Assembly: GCA_963771355.1 (NCBI GenBank)
Contig: CAVYTA010000007.1
Coordinates: forward strand, 704,001-768,000
DNA: 64,000 nt
Source: an uncultured Candidatus Rokubacteria bacterium
Lineage (GTDB): Bacteria; Methylomirabilota; Methylomirabilia; Rokubacteriales; CSP1-6
Direction: 5' to 3'
The translations under genes were made by a program, and so were the position numbers. This document shows positions 1-9,192 of the stretch, in pieces; the stretch's first letter is position 1; each line of letters begins with the position of its first letter. The notes below the pieces were generated by a model. It worked only from the letters and a program-made list of their open reading frames with translations. It searched no databases and had not been told where the DNA came from.

Positions 1-1521
1 CGCGATGTCGTCGGACGCCAATGACCGGAGCCGAATCTCCCGGACGCCGGCCACCTCGAGGCAACTGCCGGCGAGCGGCAGCCGCGACGTCATGAGCAGG
101 AGCAGCGGAAGCTCGCGCGCGACCGTGGCCAGCCGACGGCACAGGTCCTCCGACGATGGATCGAGCCAGTGGACGTCCTCGAGCAGCACCAGGCGCGGCG
201 CCTGACGGCACTCGGCTACCACCCACGCGACCAGCGCCTCCTGCACGCGGTCGCGACGCCCGTCGGCCGGCGTGTCGCGCAGCATGGCGGACGTCTCGCT
301 TGATGTCCCCAGGATCGGCAGGACATCGGGCACGTAGGCCGCCAGGTCGGGCGACAGATCCCACAGCCGCCGGTGCAGCGCGTCGCGAGCGGCCGCAAGA
401 TCCCCGTCCGGCGACAGCGCAGCCAGCTGTCGCAGCAAAGGCCGGAAGGCGAAGTAGGCGGCTCTGCGCGCGTACGCTTGCGCGGCGCCCTCGACCGGTG
501 GCGGCAGGCCGAGGTGGCGTTGCAGCTCGTAGGCGAGCCGGGACTTGCCGATGCCGGGCTCACCGACCAGGCAGATAGCGTCACCACGGCCGCTGGCGGC
601 GCGTTCCCAGGCCTCGCCGAGCACGGCGAGCTCCGTCTCGCGGCCGCGGAAGGGGGAGACCCCACGCCGGAGCGAGGCTTGCAGGCGCGAGACGACCGTG
701 CCTTCACCGTCGAGCACGAAGGCCTCGACCGGCTCGGCGGCCCCGCGGACGCGCAGCGCGCCGAGCGGTCGCACGCGGAAGTAGCCCTCGACGAGCCGGT
801 GGGTCGGCGACGCCAGCAGGATCGAGCCCGGATCGGCGGCCTGTTGCATGCGGGCGGCGAGATTCGTCGTGAGCCCCTGCGCGGTGTAGTCCATGCGCAG
901 GTCGTCGCCGATGGCACCGACGACGACGGGGCCGCTGTTGAGGCCGAGCCGGACCTGGATGCCGAAGCCCTTGTCACGCCGCAGCCGGGCGGCGTGCTCG
1001 GCGAACCCGCGCTGGATCTCGAGTGCCGCCTGGCACGCGCGCCGCGCGTGGTCCTCGTGAGCGATCGGCGCGCCGAAGAGCGCCATGATCCCGTCGCCTG
1101 TGAACTGGTTGACCGTGCCCTCCCAGCGATGCACGGCGTCGAGCATGATCTGGAAGGCGCCGTCCATGACCATGTGGAAGTCTTCGGCGTCGAGGGCTCC
1201 GGCCAGCTCGGTCGAGCCCTGCACGTCGACGAAGAGGACGGTCACCTCCTTGCGCTCGCCGCGAAGCGCGCGTCCCTCGGTCAGGATCCGCTCGGCCAGG
1301 TGACGCGGTGTGTAGGAGGCGGGCGCGCGGACGACGGCGGGGTCGACGGTAATGGGGGCAGAGGGGCCGACGGACAGCGCCGTGCCGCAGGCGTCGCAGA
1401 AGCGCGCGTGGGGACGCTGGCCCTTGCCGCAGGCCGGGCAGCGGGCCTCGAGGGCGGCGCCGCACCCGTCGCAGAAGTGGGCGCCCTGGCGAAGATCCTG
1501 GGCGCAGGCGGGGCAGTTCAC
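1..1521 (-). CDS. Class III adenylate/guanylate cyclase with N-terminal double zinc ribbon and AAA-ATPase domain (3' end runs off the window)
   Basis: Manual translation from GTG 1521: CPAC..FCDGCG..CPACG..FCDACG, ERKEVTVLFVDVQGST, FTGDGIMALFGAPIAHEDHA, Walker A GEAGIGKSRL; absent from the ORF track, probably because it runs off the window without a stop. Confidence 0.9.
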   Translation of the reverse strand, partial: MNCPACAQDLRQGAHFCDGCGAALEARCPACGKGQRPHARFCDACGTALSVGPSAPITVDPAVVRAPASYTPRHLAERILTEGRALRGERKEVTVLFVDVQGSTELAGALDAEDFHMVMDGAFQIMLDAVHRWEGTVNQFTGDGIMALFGAPIAHEDHARRACQAALEIQRGFAEHAARLRRDKGFGIQVRLGLNSGPVVVGAIGDDLRMDYTAQGLTTNLAARMQQAADPGSILLASPTHRLVEGYFRVRPLGALRVRGAAEPVEAFVLDGEGTVVSRLQASLRRGVSPFRGRETELAVLGEAWERAASGRGDAICLVGEPGIGKSRLAYELQRHLGLPPPVEGAAQAYARRAAYFAFRPLLRQLAALSPDGDLAAARDALHRRLWDLSPDLAAYVPDVLPILGTSSETSAMLRDTPADGRRDRVQEALVAWVVAECRQAPRLVLLEDVHWLDPSSEDLCRRLATVARELPLLLLMTSRLPLAGSCLEVAGVREIRLRSLASDDIA

Positions 1522-1537
1522 GCCGGGGCGGCGACGA

Positions 1538-2089
1538 TCACTCGTCGCGGAGCGCCGTGTTGGCCAGGGTCGTGAAGATCGTGTTGAACACGCAGAACGC
1601 GGCGAAGCCGATCATCTCGCGGACGTCATCGGGCGTGAGGCCCTGGGCCTCCATCTCGCGGAAGTCCTTGGGCTTGACGTCCATCGCGTCCAGCGCGAAG
1701 CGCAGCACGTACCGCACGAAGGCCTGTTCCCGCTCGGGGAGCGGCAGGGCGACCGGGTTGGCACAGATGCCGTCCAGCGCGGCCTCGTCGAAGCCCAGCG
1801 CGATCAGGCCTCGGCGCGAGGAGCCGAAGCAGCCGGTGCACCGCCGGGCGTGGGCCACCAGCATGAACGCGAACATCCGGGCCTCCCAGGAGAACCTCGA
1901 GCGTCCGGAGCGCTGGTTGAACAGATTCGCTTCGGCGGTCACCTGGGCCTCGAGGATCCAGGGCGTTGACACGTACGCGAGCCGGCTCTCGGGTACCGTC
2001 GTGATGCCGCGCAGCCGCTTCAGCTCGTCCAGCCAGTGGCACGCCGCGGGCGGGATGTCCTCTTCCTTGGGAAGGTCGAAGAATGCCAT
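1538..2089 (-). CDS. AhpD/carboxymuconolactone decarboxylase-like protein (CxxC)
   Basis: VAHARRCTGCFG motif, LPEREQAFVRYVLRFA, 183 aa. Confidence 0.7.
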   Translation of the reverse strand: MAFFDLPKEEDIPPAACHWLDELKRLRGITTVPESRLAYVSTPWILEAQVTAEANLFNQRSGRSRFSWEARMFAFMLVAHARRCTGCFGSSRRGLIALGFDEAALDGICANPVALPLPEREQAFVRYVLRFALDAMDVKPKDFREMEAQGLTPDDVREMIGFAAFCVFNTIFTTLANTALRDE

Positions 2090-2092
2090 CGG

Positions 2093-2641
2093 TCAATCCT
2101 CGCGCAGCGCCGTGTTGGCCACCGTGGTGAAGATCGTGTTCATGAGAGCGTGGGCGGCGCAGCCGGCGATCTCCTGCACATCGGTCGGGGAGAAGCCCTG
2201 GGCCTGGAGCTCGCGGAAGTCCTTGGGCTGGAGCTCGCTGGGATTGGTCGCGATGCGAAGCACGTACTTCACGAACAGGCGCTCGCGCTCCGGCAGAGGG
2301 AGCACGGACGGATTGGCGCAGAAGCCGTCGAGCGCCGGCTCGTCGAAACCCAGCTTGGTCAGGTGTCCGCGCGAGGCGCCGAAACAACCGTCGCACCGCC
2401 GGGCGTGGGCGACGAGCATGAAGGCGATCATCCGGGCCTCCCAGGAGAACGCCGACGGTTCCGATGGCCTGAACAGGCTCGCTTCGACGGTCACGCGGGC
2501 CTTGAGGATCTGCGGAGAGGGCGCGTACGTCACCCAGCTCCGCGGCAAGGTGTCGACACCGCGCAGGCGCTTGAGCTCGTCCAGCCACTGGCGCGCCTCG
2601 GGAGAGATGTCCTCGTCCCTGGGGACGTCGAAGAAAGCCAT
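2093..2641 (-). CDS. AhpD/carboxymuconolactone decarboxylase-like protein, paralog of the adjacent gene
   Basis: ATG 2641 after GGAAGGAAG; MAFFDVPRDEDI.. and VAHARRCDGCFG align colinearly with 1538-2089. Confidence 0.7.
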   Translation of the reverse strand: MAFFDVPRDEDISPEARQWLDELKRLRGVDTLPRSWVTYAPSPQILKARVTVEASLFRPSEPSAFSWEARMIAFMLVAHARRCDGCFGASRGHLTKLGFDEPALDGFCANPSVLPLPERERLFVKYVLRIATNPSELQPKDFRELQAQGFSPTDVQEIAGCAAHALMNTIFTTVANTALRED

Positions 2642-2736
2642 GGGGCACACTTCCTTCCGGCTGAGTACCTGACGATAGATCACGCCTCCGTGCCACGCAA
2701 GTACCGCGGCCGCACACGAAAGCCGATTGACTGCAA

Positions 2737-2940
2737 TCAGCGGCACGGTTCCCCAGACGACCACCGTGCGCACGCGCCCGGGGACACGGGTTTGTCGAGC
2801 TGCCGGCACGCGTCGCGATCACGCCGGGCCGCGGCCTTCCGCTGGCGGCTCCGGGCGGCCCGGCACCGGGCGGAGCAGACCTTTTGGCGGGCGTGGATCG
2901 GGGCCGTCCGGCACACCGGGCACGTACGGGAGGCTAGCAT
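2737..2940 (-). CDS. Small Zn-ribbon protein (DUF2116-like), copy 1, C-terminus divergent
   Basis: MLASRTCPVCRTAPIHARQKVCSARCRAARSRQRK..RRDRDA, near-identical to 13455-13640. Confidence 0.6.
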   Translation of the reverse strand: MLASRTCPVCRTAPIHARQKVCSARCRAARSRQRKAAARRDRDACRQLDKPVSPGACARWSSGEPCR

Positions 2941-3004
2941 GGCGCCACGCAAGGGAGACCGACCATCGGGGAGCCCCTCCGCACAGCTAGGCAACGCGGA
3001 TAAC

Positions 3005-3490
3005 TCCGGCCGGAAGATGCGCTCGACGATGGGAGCCTGCTCCGGGTCCACCACGCGGGCGACGTGCTCGCGCGTGCCGTCCGGGCCCAGCACCGGTTCG
3101 TTGCGGTACCGAAGATCCGCCCGCCGGTGACGTGCCGCGCCCGCGCTTTCCTCAGCATCGCGTCCCGGGTCCGCTGCCGTGCCTTCTCGCGCTCGAGTTC
3201 GTCGGCGAAGCCGGCCACGGACATCAGCAGCTTCTCGGTGGGGGAATCGATCGTGCGCTCGCGGTCCTCAGAGGTAGAGGAACACGCGCACGCCGCCCTG
3301 GGTGAACTGTTTCAGGGCATAGGCGGTCTCGATCTGCTCGCGCCCCAGGCGGGACTCCTCCGACATAGATGAGCACCTGGAACGACGGCCGCGGCTTGAG
3401 CGCATTCATGAGTCGGAGGAATCCGGGGCGCGTCGTGAACTCCGCCCCGCTGATCCCGTCTTCGGCGCAGACGTGGGCGGGGTCCTTGCG
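3005..3490 (-). pseudogene. Large serine recombinase (resolvase + recombinase domain) fragment, frameshifted and truncated
   Basis: Pieces across frames: DGISGAEFTTRPGFLRLMNALKPRPSFQVLI / SEESRLGREQIETAYALKQ..GVRVF / RERTIDSPTEKLLMSVAGFADELEREKARQRTRDAMLRKAR..VTGGRIFG / EQAPIVERIF. Confidence 0.8.
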
Positions 3491-3585
3491 CGACGCCTGC
3501 GTTACCTTTCAGTTGGCTATATGCTGGCGTGTCGCGGTACACTCCGGTCGCCGTTCCCAACTGCCCACACAGAGGAGAGCGCCTA

Positions 3586-4555
3586 ATGCGGCACTGGCGA
3601 GCAGCGTTTGCAGCTTTGGTCATCCTAATTGGCTCCGCCCTCCCTGCGGTCGCCGCTGAGGGAGATCCTAGTGACGATCTCCCGGTGCCACCAGACGTTT
3701 CATTCAGCGTTGGGACACGCGCTTGGTGGACGAGTGGCTATTCGGAATGGAGTCATCAGTGTTCCAAGGCACTAATCCACTTTCCGAACTTCGCTGGCGA
3801 GGGATTGACGCACTCATTCCTGAAGTTAACGCTGACTTCGCGTGGAAGCTTCTCGTGTTGAGAGCCGCAGCTGGGTGGGGCAAGAGCGAAAACGGGGTCT
3901 TAATCGATGAGGACTTTCTCCTTGATGACCATAATGGGCGCTTCTCTGTTTCTCGGTCTAGTGTCGAGAGCGACATTTTCTACGCGAACGGGGATGTCGG
4001 CATCCGCGCTTACCGCTGGATCAGTACGGATGGGCGGCTCGGCTTTTTCGACTTCCTCGGAGGCTATCAATACTGGCGAGAAAATACGAAGCTTTTGGAT
4101 CACAGGCAGCTTAGTTTACCCCCTCTCCCGACGCCCATTGCGCCGCAAGGCACCAAGGTGCTTACAGAGAAGTTCACCTGGCAGAGCCTCCGCATTGGCG
4201 CTCGGTACCAGGTTCCGTTTCCGAAGGGCTTCGGCTTTAGGGCGGAGGCCATGTTTATACCGTGGTCGCAGTTCGAATTTGAGGACATTCACCATTGAAG
4301 GACTGACTTGCGCCAGGATCCGAGCTTCCTCGCGAAAGCGGAGGGAGGTTTCGGCGTTCCAGGCCGAAGGAGCAATCAGCTACACGATCTGGAAGGGGTT
4401 TTCCATGGAAGGCGGCTTCCGGTACACGAAAATCAGATTCAGGGCGATGGCGACATAGAAGTTCGGACTGTATCCGGCACAGCTGAGACAGAAGTTTGAA
4501 GGTGCGAAAGACGGAGCGGTACGGCCCGTTTGTCGGCCTTCAGTATCGTTTCTGA
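3586..4555 (+). pseudogene. Omptin-like outer-membrane beta-barrel protein, several frameshifts plus an in-frame stop
   Basis: Signal peptide MRHWRAAFAALVILIGSALPAVAA after GAGGAG; LSELRWRG, GVLIDEDF, amphipathic strands; ends GPFVGLQYRF* (C-terminal Phe). Confidence 0.6.
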
Positions 4556-4892
4556 GTAGTCTATGCAACCGCGACTCCGGCCAGCGTGAAGGCGAGGAAT
4601 TCCTCAGCCGGTACAGCGGCACCGCCCGGGGTCACCACATACGTTGGAACCATCGTTCCCCGGTGAAGCGATAACTCCGCTGCCCGTCCTTCGCGAAGGC
4701 CTCGCACGCTAGGCGTCCCACTATCACGTCGTCGGACCAAGGTCCTATTGCCGGCCCGTGAGGGACGCGCGTTAATTTCACAGGTCGAGCGCGCAGCCCG
4801 AGACCTCAGGGAGGACGACATCATGGGAGTTTTCATGATCGACCCGATGTTGAGCAATTCACATAACACTCACGTTGGTTGAGGAGGCCGTT

Positions 4893-5297
4893 ATGATCGT
4901 TCGGCTCGTCATGCTGGTGTTCGGCGTGCTGCTCATGTGTATTAGCCCGGCCTCTGGCCAGATCAAGAGCCCAGATGTCGTCGGGACCTGGGTGGGGGTT
5001 CTTGAGCTAACGGGCGACAAGAGCCCGGTCGAGGTTGAATTCAAGTCGGATGGAGGATTCGGAGGTAGTGTCAAGACCGCGAAGGAGGGTCTCGTGCGGT
5101 ATAAGGGGGGGTGGAAGATCGAAGGGGCCAACGTCCTTGTGGACTACGTGGCTGACGCTGCCACAGGGACCGCAAATGTGCCGGCCACGGTGGCGAGTTC
5201 GTGGACCTTGACGATGCTCCAGGGCAAGTCCTTGAGCGGATTCGGTATTCGGAAGTCAGACAATCTTCAATACGACGTCAAATTGAACAAGAAGTAG
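4893..5297 (+). CDS. Secreted hypothetical protein (beta-rich)
   Basis: GAGGAGG RBS, signal peptide ..CISPASG, VVGTWVG motif. Confidence 0.7.
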   Translation: MIVRLVMLVFGVLLMCISPASGQIKSPDVVGTWVGVLELTGDKSPVEVEFKSDGGFGGSVKTAKEGLVRYKGGWKIEGANVLVDYVADAATGTANVPATVASSWTLTMLQGKSLSGFGIRKSDNLQYDVKLNKK

Positions 5298-5303
5298 CTG
5301 AAG

Positions 5304-5331
5304 GTGGTGGAGGCGTCACAACCTCCACCAC
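5304..5331. terminator. Hairpin downstream of 4893-5297 (possible terminator)
   Basis: GTGGTGGAGG/CCTCCACCAC 10-bp inverted repeat; no U-tract. Confidence 0.35.
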
Positions 5332-5501
5332 TCGCAGCGCTGCTGTGTGGGAAGGTGCCACGCGACGGCAAAGCTCGGTAGACACTTAGGCGATACGGAC
5401 GACGCCCCTGATGGTCTGAGGTCGCGGGGTGAAGGGGACAAAACGCCCCGGGGTCACCACGCCTTTCCCGTGACGATAGGCAACATAAACGCCCTCCGGA
5501 G

Positions 5502-5637
5502 GGAGGATAGGCAACATGAACGCCCTCCGGCGGCGGGCGCCCCTGGCTTGGGTCCCGTCACCGTGCTTGGGTCCCGTCCCCGGGACATAACCTGCCAGAC
5601 CCGGACGCTGGCCGCCCCAGGAGCCGACGGCACAGCG
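5502..5637. repeat. Dispersed repeat, copy A (others at 61861-61976 and a 19-bp core at 13701-13719)
   Basis: 33-bp exact match ACGCTGGCCGCCCCAGGAGCCGACGGCACAGCG with 61944-61976, similarity extending ~115 bp. Confidence 0.85.
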
Positions 5638-5741
5638 ACGATCTCCTCCGGCCCCACGCGCAGCACGAGGTGCTGGAGGCCGGTGCCGTCCCAGCTCTCC
5701 CAGCGCGCGACGGTGGGGCCGCCCGCGACGCGCTCAGCCAC
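5638..5741 (-). pseudogene. 5' fragment of a putative glycolipid-binding-domain (DUF1089-like) gene, cut at the repeat
   Basis: TVARWESWDGTGLQHLVLRVGPEEIVA resembles the N-terminus of this family; the frame then runs into the repeat. Confidence 0.45.
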
Positions 5742-6186
5742 ACCCCGGGCCCTGCTTCAGGAGCGCGGATGCGGCTGCGCGGGTGGTTCGGCCCAGCGTC
5801 CCCACAAGGAGCCGGAGCCGATCGCCGTCGACTGGCTTCGTCAAGTGATACGGGAAGCCCGCCGCCTGCGCGGCCGCGCTCGTCGAGCCGGGTGGCAAGA
5901 GGACGATGGCCGGCGCCTCGCGCCCGCGGCGAAAGTGCAGGTACTGGAGGCGGCGCAGGAGGTTGCCGCCACTTGCCCAAGCCACCGCGCTGTCGCACAC
6001 GATGAGGTCCGCCGCCTGGGTGACCGCGAGCGCGTCGATGACCGAGGTCGCGGTGACCAAGGCGCCCGCGAGTCCCAGCACCTCTCGCAGGAAGTGGCGG
6101 CAATGCTCATCGTCCCCGACGATCAACACGTGCATCCCCGCGAGCTCCTCGATCGTCCTCTCTCCGCCGACGTGGTGTGCCATCAC
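5734..6186 (-). CDS. Stand-alone response regulator receiver-like protein (degenerate)
   Basis: VLIVGDDEHCR..ADLIVCDS..AGFPYHLTKPVD. Confidence 0.65.
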   Translation of the reverse strand: MMAHHVGGERTIEELAGMHVLIVGDDEHCRHFLREVLGLAGALVTATSVIDALAVTQAADLIVCDSAVAWASGGNLLRRLQYLHFRRGREAPAIVLLPPGSTSAAAQAAGFPYHLTKPVDGDRLRLLVGTLGRTTRAAASALLKQGPGCG

Positions 6187-6243
6187 TTGAAGGGTAGCGG
6201 CGGGCGGGGGCGGGTACCGGGGTCGAGGGCGACAGATTCACGG

Positions 6244-7245
6244 TCATCCGCGACGGCGGAAGGCCCGGGGAGAGACCCCGGCCCACCGCCGGAAGGCCCG
6301 CTGGAACGAGCTCGGATCCTCGTAACCGAGCAGGAACGCTACCTCGGACACGGCGAGGCGGCCGTCGCGGAGCAGCGGCTGCGCCATCTCCTGACGGAGA
6401 TGCGTGAGCACGCTGGCGAACGTCGTGCGCTCATCGCGGAGCCGGCGCTGCAGCGCCCGCGGGCTCAGGCCGAGCTGGCGCGCCACGCGGTCCAGGTGGG
6501 CATCGCCGGCGTTGAGATCCGTCCAGAGGACCCGGCGCACCCGGTCCTGCGTGGTGCGCTCGGCGCCGAGCGCGGTGAGGGTCTGCTCGGCGAGGCGGTC
6601 GAGGTAGCCGGTCAGGCTCGGGTCGGAGGAGACGATCGGCCGCTCGAGGTCAGCCGCCGAGAGGAGGAAGGCGGTGGCGAGCGCGCCGAACTCGAGGGGC
6701 GCCCGGAAGAACCGCTCGTACTCCTGCACCTCGGCGGGGCGGCGGTAGGGGAGCTGCACGGTCAGCGGAGCGATGGAGGCGCCGGTGATCTCCCGGCACA
6801 CGCCGAGCAGGGCGGCGAGCCGGGCGTCCGCCGCGGGGCGGAACGCGCGCAGCTCCGGCTGCACGTCGAGACGCACCCAGGTGCCCCCGTCCGTCGCCTC
6901 GAGCTCGACCACGAGCGCGTCCGACACGATGTGATCGTAGCGGTCGACGCGCTGTAACGCGGCCCCGAGCGTCGCGCTGAACGCCATGGTGTAGCCGACG
7001 AGGCCGAAGTCGCGCGCCCGGACGTCGGCGCCCAGGCGCAGCCCCAACGCCGGGTCCGGCAGGCGCGTGGTGGTCGTGTGCCAGAGCCGCACCACTGCCG
7101 AGAGCGGGATCCGGGCATCGGGGTCCTGGATCTGCTTCTCGTCCAGCCCAGCCTCGCGCAGCAGCTCGGCACGGGACGCCCCCATCCGCGTCAGCCGCTC
7201 GACGTGGAACAGGGCGAGCCGGGCCAGCCCGGACTGGTCTTTCAC
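6244..7245 (-). CDS. AraC family transcriptional regulator (VirS/OruR type)
   Basis: DPDARIPL, LGLRLG..FGLVGY, LGLSPRALQRRL, EVAFLLGYEDPSSFQRAFRRW; start GTG 7245 chosen by typical length. Confidence 0.9.
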   Translation of the reverse strand: MKDQSGLARLALFHVERLTRMGASRAELLREAGLDEKQIQDPDARIPLSAVVRLWHTTTTRLPDPALGLRLGADVRARDFGLVGYTMAFSATLGAALQRVDRYDHIVSDALVVELEATDGGTWVRLDVQPELRAFRPAADARLAALLGVCREITGASIAPLTVQLPYRRPAEVQEYERFFRAPLEFGALATAFLLSAADLERPIVSSDPSLTGYLDRLAEQTLTALGAERTTQDRVRRVLWTDLNAGDAHLDRVARQLGLSPRALQRRLRDERTTFASVLTHLRQEMAQPLLRDGRLAVSEVAFLLGYEDPSSFQRAFRRWAGVSPRAFRRRG

Positions 7246-7706
7246 ATCATCTAGTTTGCCAGAAGCTTCGTGCCGCCCGCGATCGCGGATGGCGATGAGC
7301 ACGAGGGCCAGCGCCCGGCGTGGCATCCGCGCGTTGAGGCGATAGCCGAGCTTGCGCCGACCCCGCAGCTCGGTCGAGTGTACACAGAACTGATGGCGCC
7401 CGGCGATCTCCTGCGCATCCTTGCTCGACTGTATGACCTCAGGAACAAGATCGCACACGTGACGCAGAGTTTCTCTGCGATTGACTCGCCCCGATATCGC
7501 CCGCCCCTGGCAACTCGCGCTCGATGAAGCCAAGCAGACGATCGACATGCGCGTAGTGCGTGTTGCCAACTAGGCGGACGAGGGCGCAAAGTAGCCGACG
7601 AACGCCACAAGAGCCTCGGCCATGGACGGCTCATCGCCTTCGGGCAAGTGCCAGGTGCCTCGGCTCGCACCTGGTGCCCTCAGCGTACTCCGCGGGTGGC
7701 TAGTTC

Positions 7707-7901
7707 CTACATAGGCGCCTTCCCCCGGCGCCGCAGATAGAGTCCCGCCAGAATGACCACGGCGCCGATGACCAACCCAAGCCCTTGCTTCCACCCGAAA
7801 CCAGACCGACCCCCCAAGCCCAAGGGGTCAGCGAACAGTGCGATAAGGACGAGGAGCGTGCCTATGCCGATCACGACCCGTGCGAACATTGGATTGTCCA
7901 T
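7707..7901 (-). CDS. Small two-TM membrane protein (64 aa)
   Basis: AAGGAGG RBS, MDNPMFARVVIGIGTLLVLIALFAD..GFGWKQGLGLVIGAVVILAGLYL. Confidence 0.7.
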   Translation of the reverse strand: MDNPMFARVVIGIGTLLVLIALFADPLGLGGRSGFGWKQGLGLVIGAVVILAGLYLRRRGKAPM

Positions 7902-7918
7902 GGTCGCCTCCTTCGTTT

Positions 7919-8896
7919 CTACTCGATCACCTGATCCGCCCGCGCCAGCACCGACGGCGGGATCGTCAGGCCGAGCGCCTTCGCGGTCTTGAGGTTGATC
8001 ACCAGCTCGAACTTGGTCGGCTGTTCTACGGGCAGGTCGGCGGGCTTTGCGCCCCTGAGAATGCGGTCGATGTACCCGGCGGCACGCCGCAGCATATCGA
8101 CGAGGCTCGCGCCGTACGCCATTAGGCCACCCGCCGTCACGAAGTCCGCGCTCTCGTAAATCGCGGGGAGACCGATCTCCGAGGCGAGCTGCGCGATGCG
8201 CCGGCGCTCCAGCCAAAACATCGGATGGGGATGGACAAGCAGCGCCTCCGGCCGCGCGGCGCGCGCTGCCGCGAGGGCAGCGCCGATCTCGCCCGGCTGC
8301 CGAGCGATGAAGAGCTGGATCCCCAGGCCGAGCCGGGCAGCTTCGCGCTCGATCTCCCGATGCTTTTGGGTTGCGAGGGCGGCAACTCTCCGGAGCCTCG
8401 GCACGGTGTCCTTGAGCAACTGAAGCCGCTTGCCCGTCAACTCGCCGGTTAGATGACTGAAGCCTGTGATGTTCCCGCCAGGCCGCGCCAGGCTCGCAAC
8501 CAGGCCGGCCTCCTCGGGATCGGCGACCGCGACGAACACCACCGACACCGTAGTGGTCACCTTCTTGAGAGCCTCGGCGAGCTCGTTCGAGGCGACTATG
8601 GCGACATCGACGTTCTGCCCGACCAGGTCCCTCGCCGCATGCAGCATCTCCTCGCCCCCGCTCACGGCGCAGCGCGGTACAACGACGTAGTTCTGCTCCT
8701 GGACGTACCCGAGCTCGCGGAGCCCGCCCCGCAGCGCGAGCACCGCGGGAGTAGGGGAATCGATGCCGCAGCCGGGCGGCAGGCCGGGGACGAGGAGTCC
8801 GATCCGCCAGACCTTCCCCGCCGGCTGCGCCTCGGCGGCGCGCGGCGCGGCGAGGAGACTACCTGGGATCATTGCCAGGAAGGTGCGGCGCTCCAT
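7919..8896 (-). CDS. ABC transporter substrate-binding protein (ABC_sub_bind family)
   Basis: MERRTFL leader, GLVASLARPGGNITG, GAKPADLPVEQPTKFELVINLKTAKALGLTIP..ADQVIE. Confidence 0.9.
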   Translation of the reverse strand: MERRTFLAMIPGSLLAAPRAAEAQPAGKVWRIGLLVPGLPPGCGIDSPTPAVLALRGGLRELGYVQEQNYVVVPRCAVSGGEEMLHAARDLVGQNVDVAIVASNELAEALKKVTTTVSVVFVAVADPEEAGLVASLARPGGNITGFSHLTGELTGKRLQLLKDTVPRLRRVAALATQKHREIEREAARLGLGIQLFIARQPGEIGAALAAARAARPEALLVHPHPMFWLERRRIAQLASEIGLPAIYESADFVTAGGLMAYGASLVDMLRRAAGYIDRILRGAKPADLPVEQPTKFELVINLKTAKALGLTIPPSVLARADQVIE

Positions 8897-9034
8897 CACG
8901 GGTGCTCCCTCAGCTTCTCCAGTGCCGTCTCGAGCAGCCCCCGGATCTCCGCGTCGCGCTCCCGCCGGGCCGCGGTCTTCCGCTGGCGACTTCGGGCCGC
9001 CCGACACCGGCCGCTGCAGACCTCCTGGCCGCCA
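8896..9034 (-). pseudogene. Zn-ribbon ORF copy 2, 5'-truncated
   Basis: HGGQEVCSGRCRAARSRQRKTAARRERDAEIRGLLETALEKLREHP*; TGA overlaps ATG of the SBP gene. Confidence 0.7.
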
Positions 9035-9192
9035 TGCTAGCGCGCCCGCTGCGCCACGGCTAGCGCACCGGCGAGCGCCGAGGGGCCGGAGTCGCGCCTG
9101 CCTTTTGGTGGCGGCTCTGCCAGAACTCTACGATTAGCGGTCTGGCGCTCGCCGATCCAGCGGGGTTTTGGGGTAGACTCGGGGGAATACGC

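Noticed and set aside
4296..4298. In-frame TGA in the omptin-like gene as possible selenocysteine or recoding
   Set aside because: The gene has several other frameshifts, the position is not Cys-like, and an indel near TTGA explains it
5475..5580. Short tandem repeats as a possible CRISPR array
   Set aside because: Only two units each, 6-8 nt spacers, and no cas genes in the window
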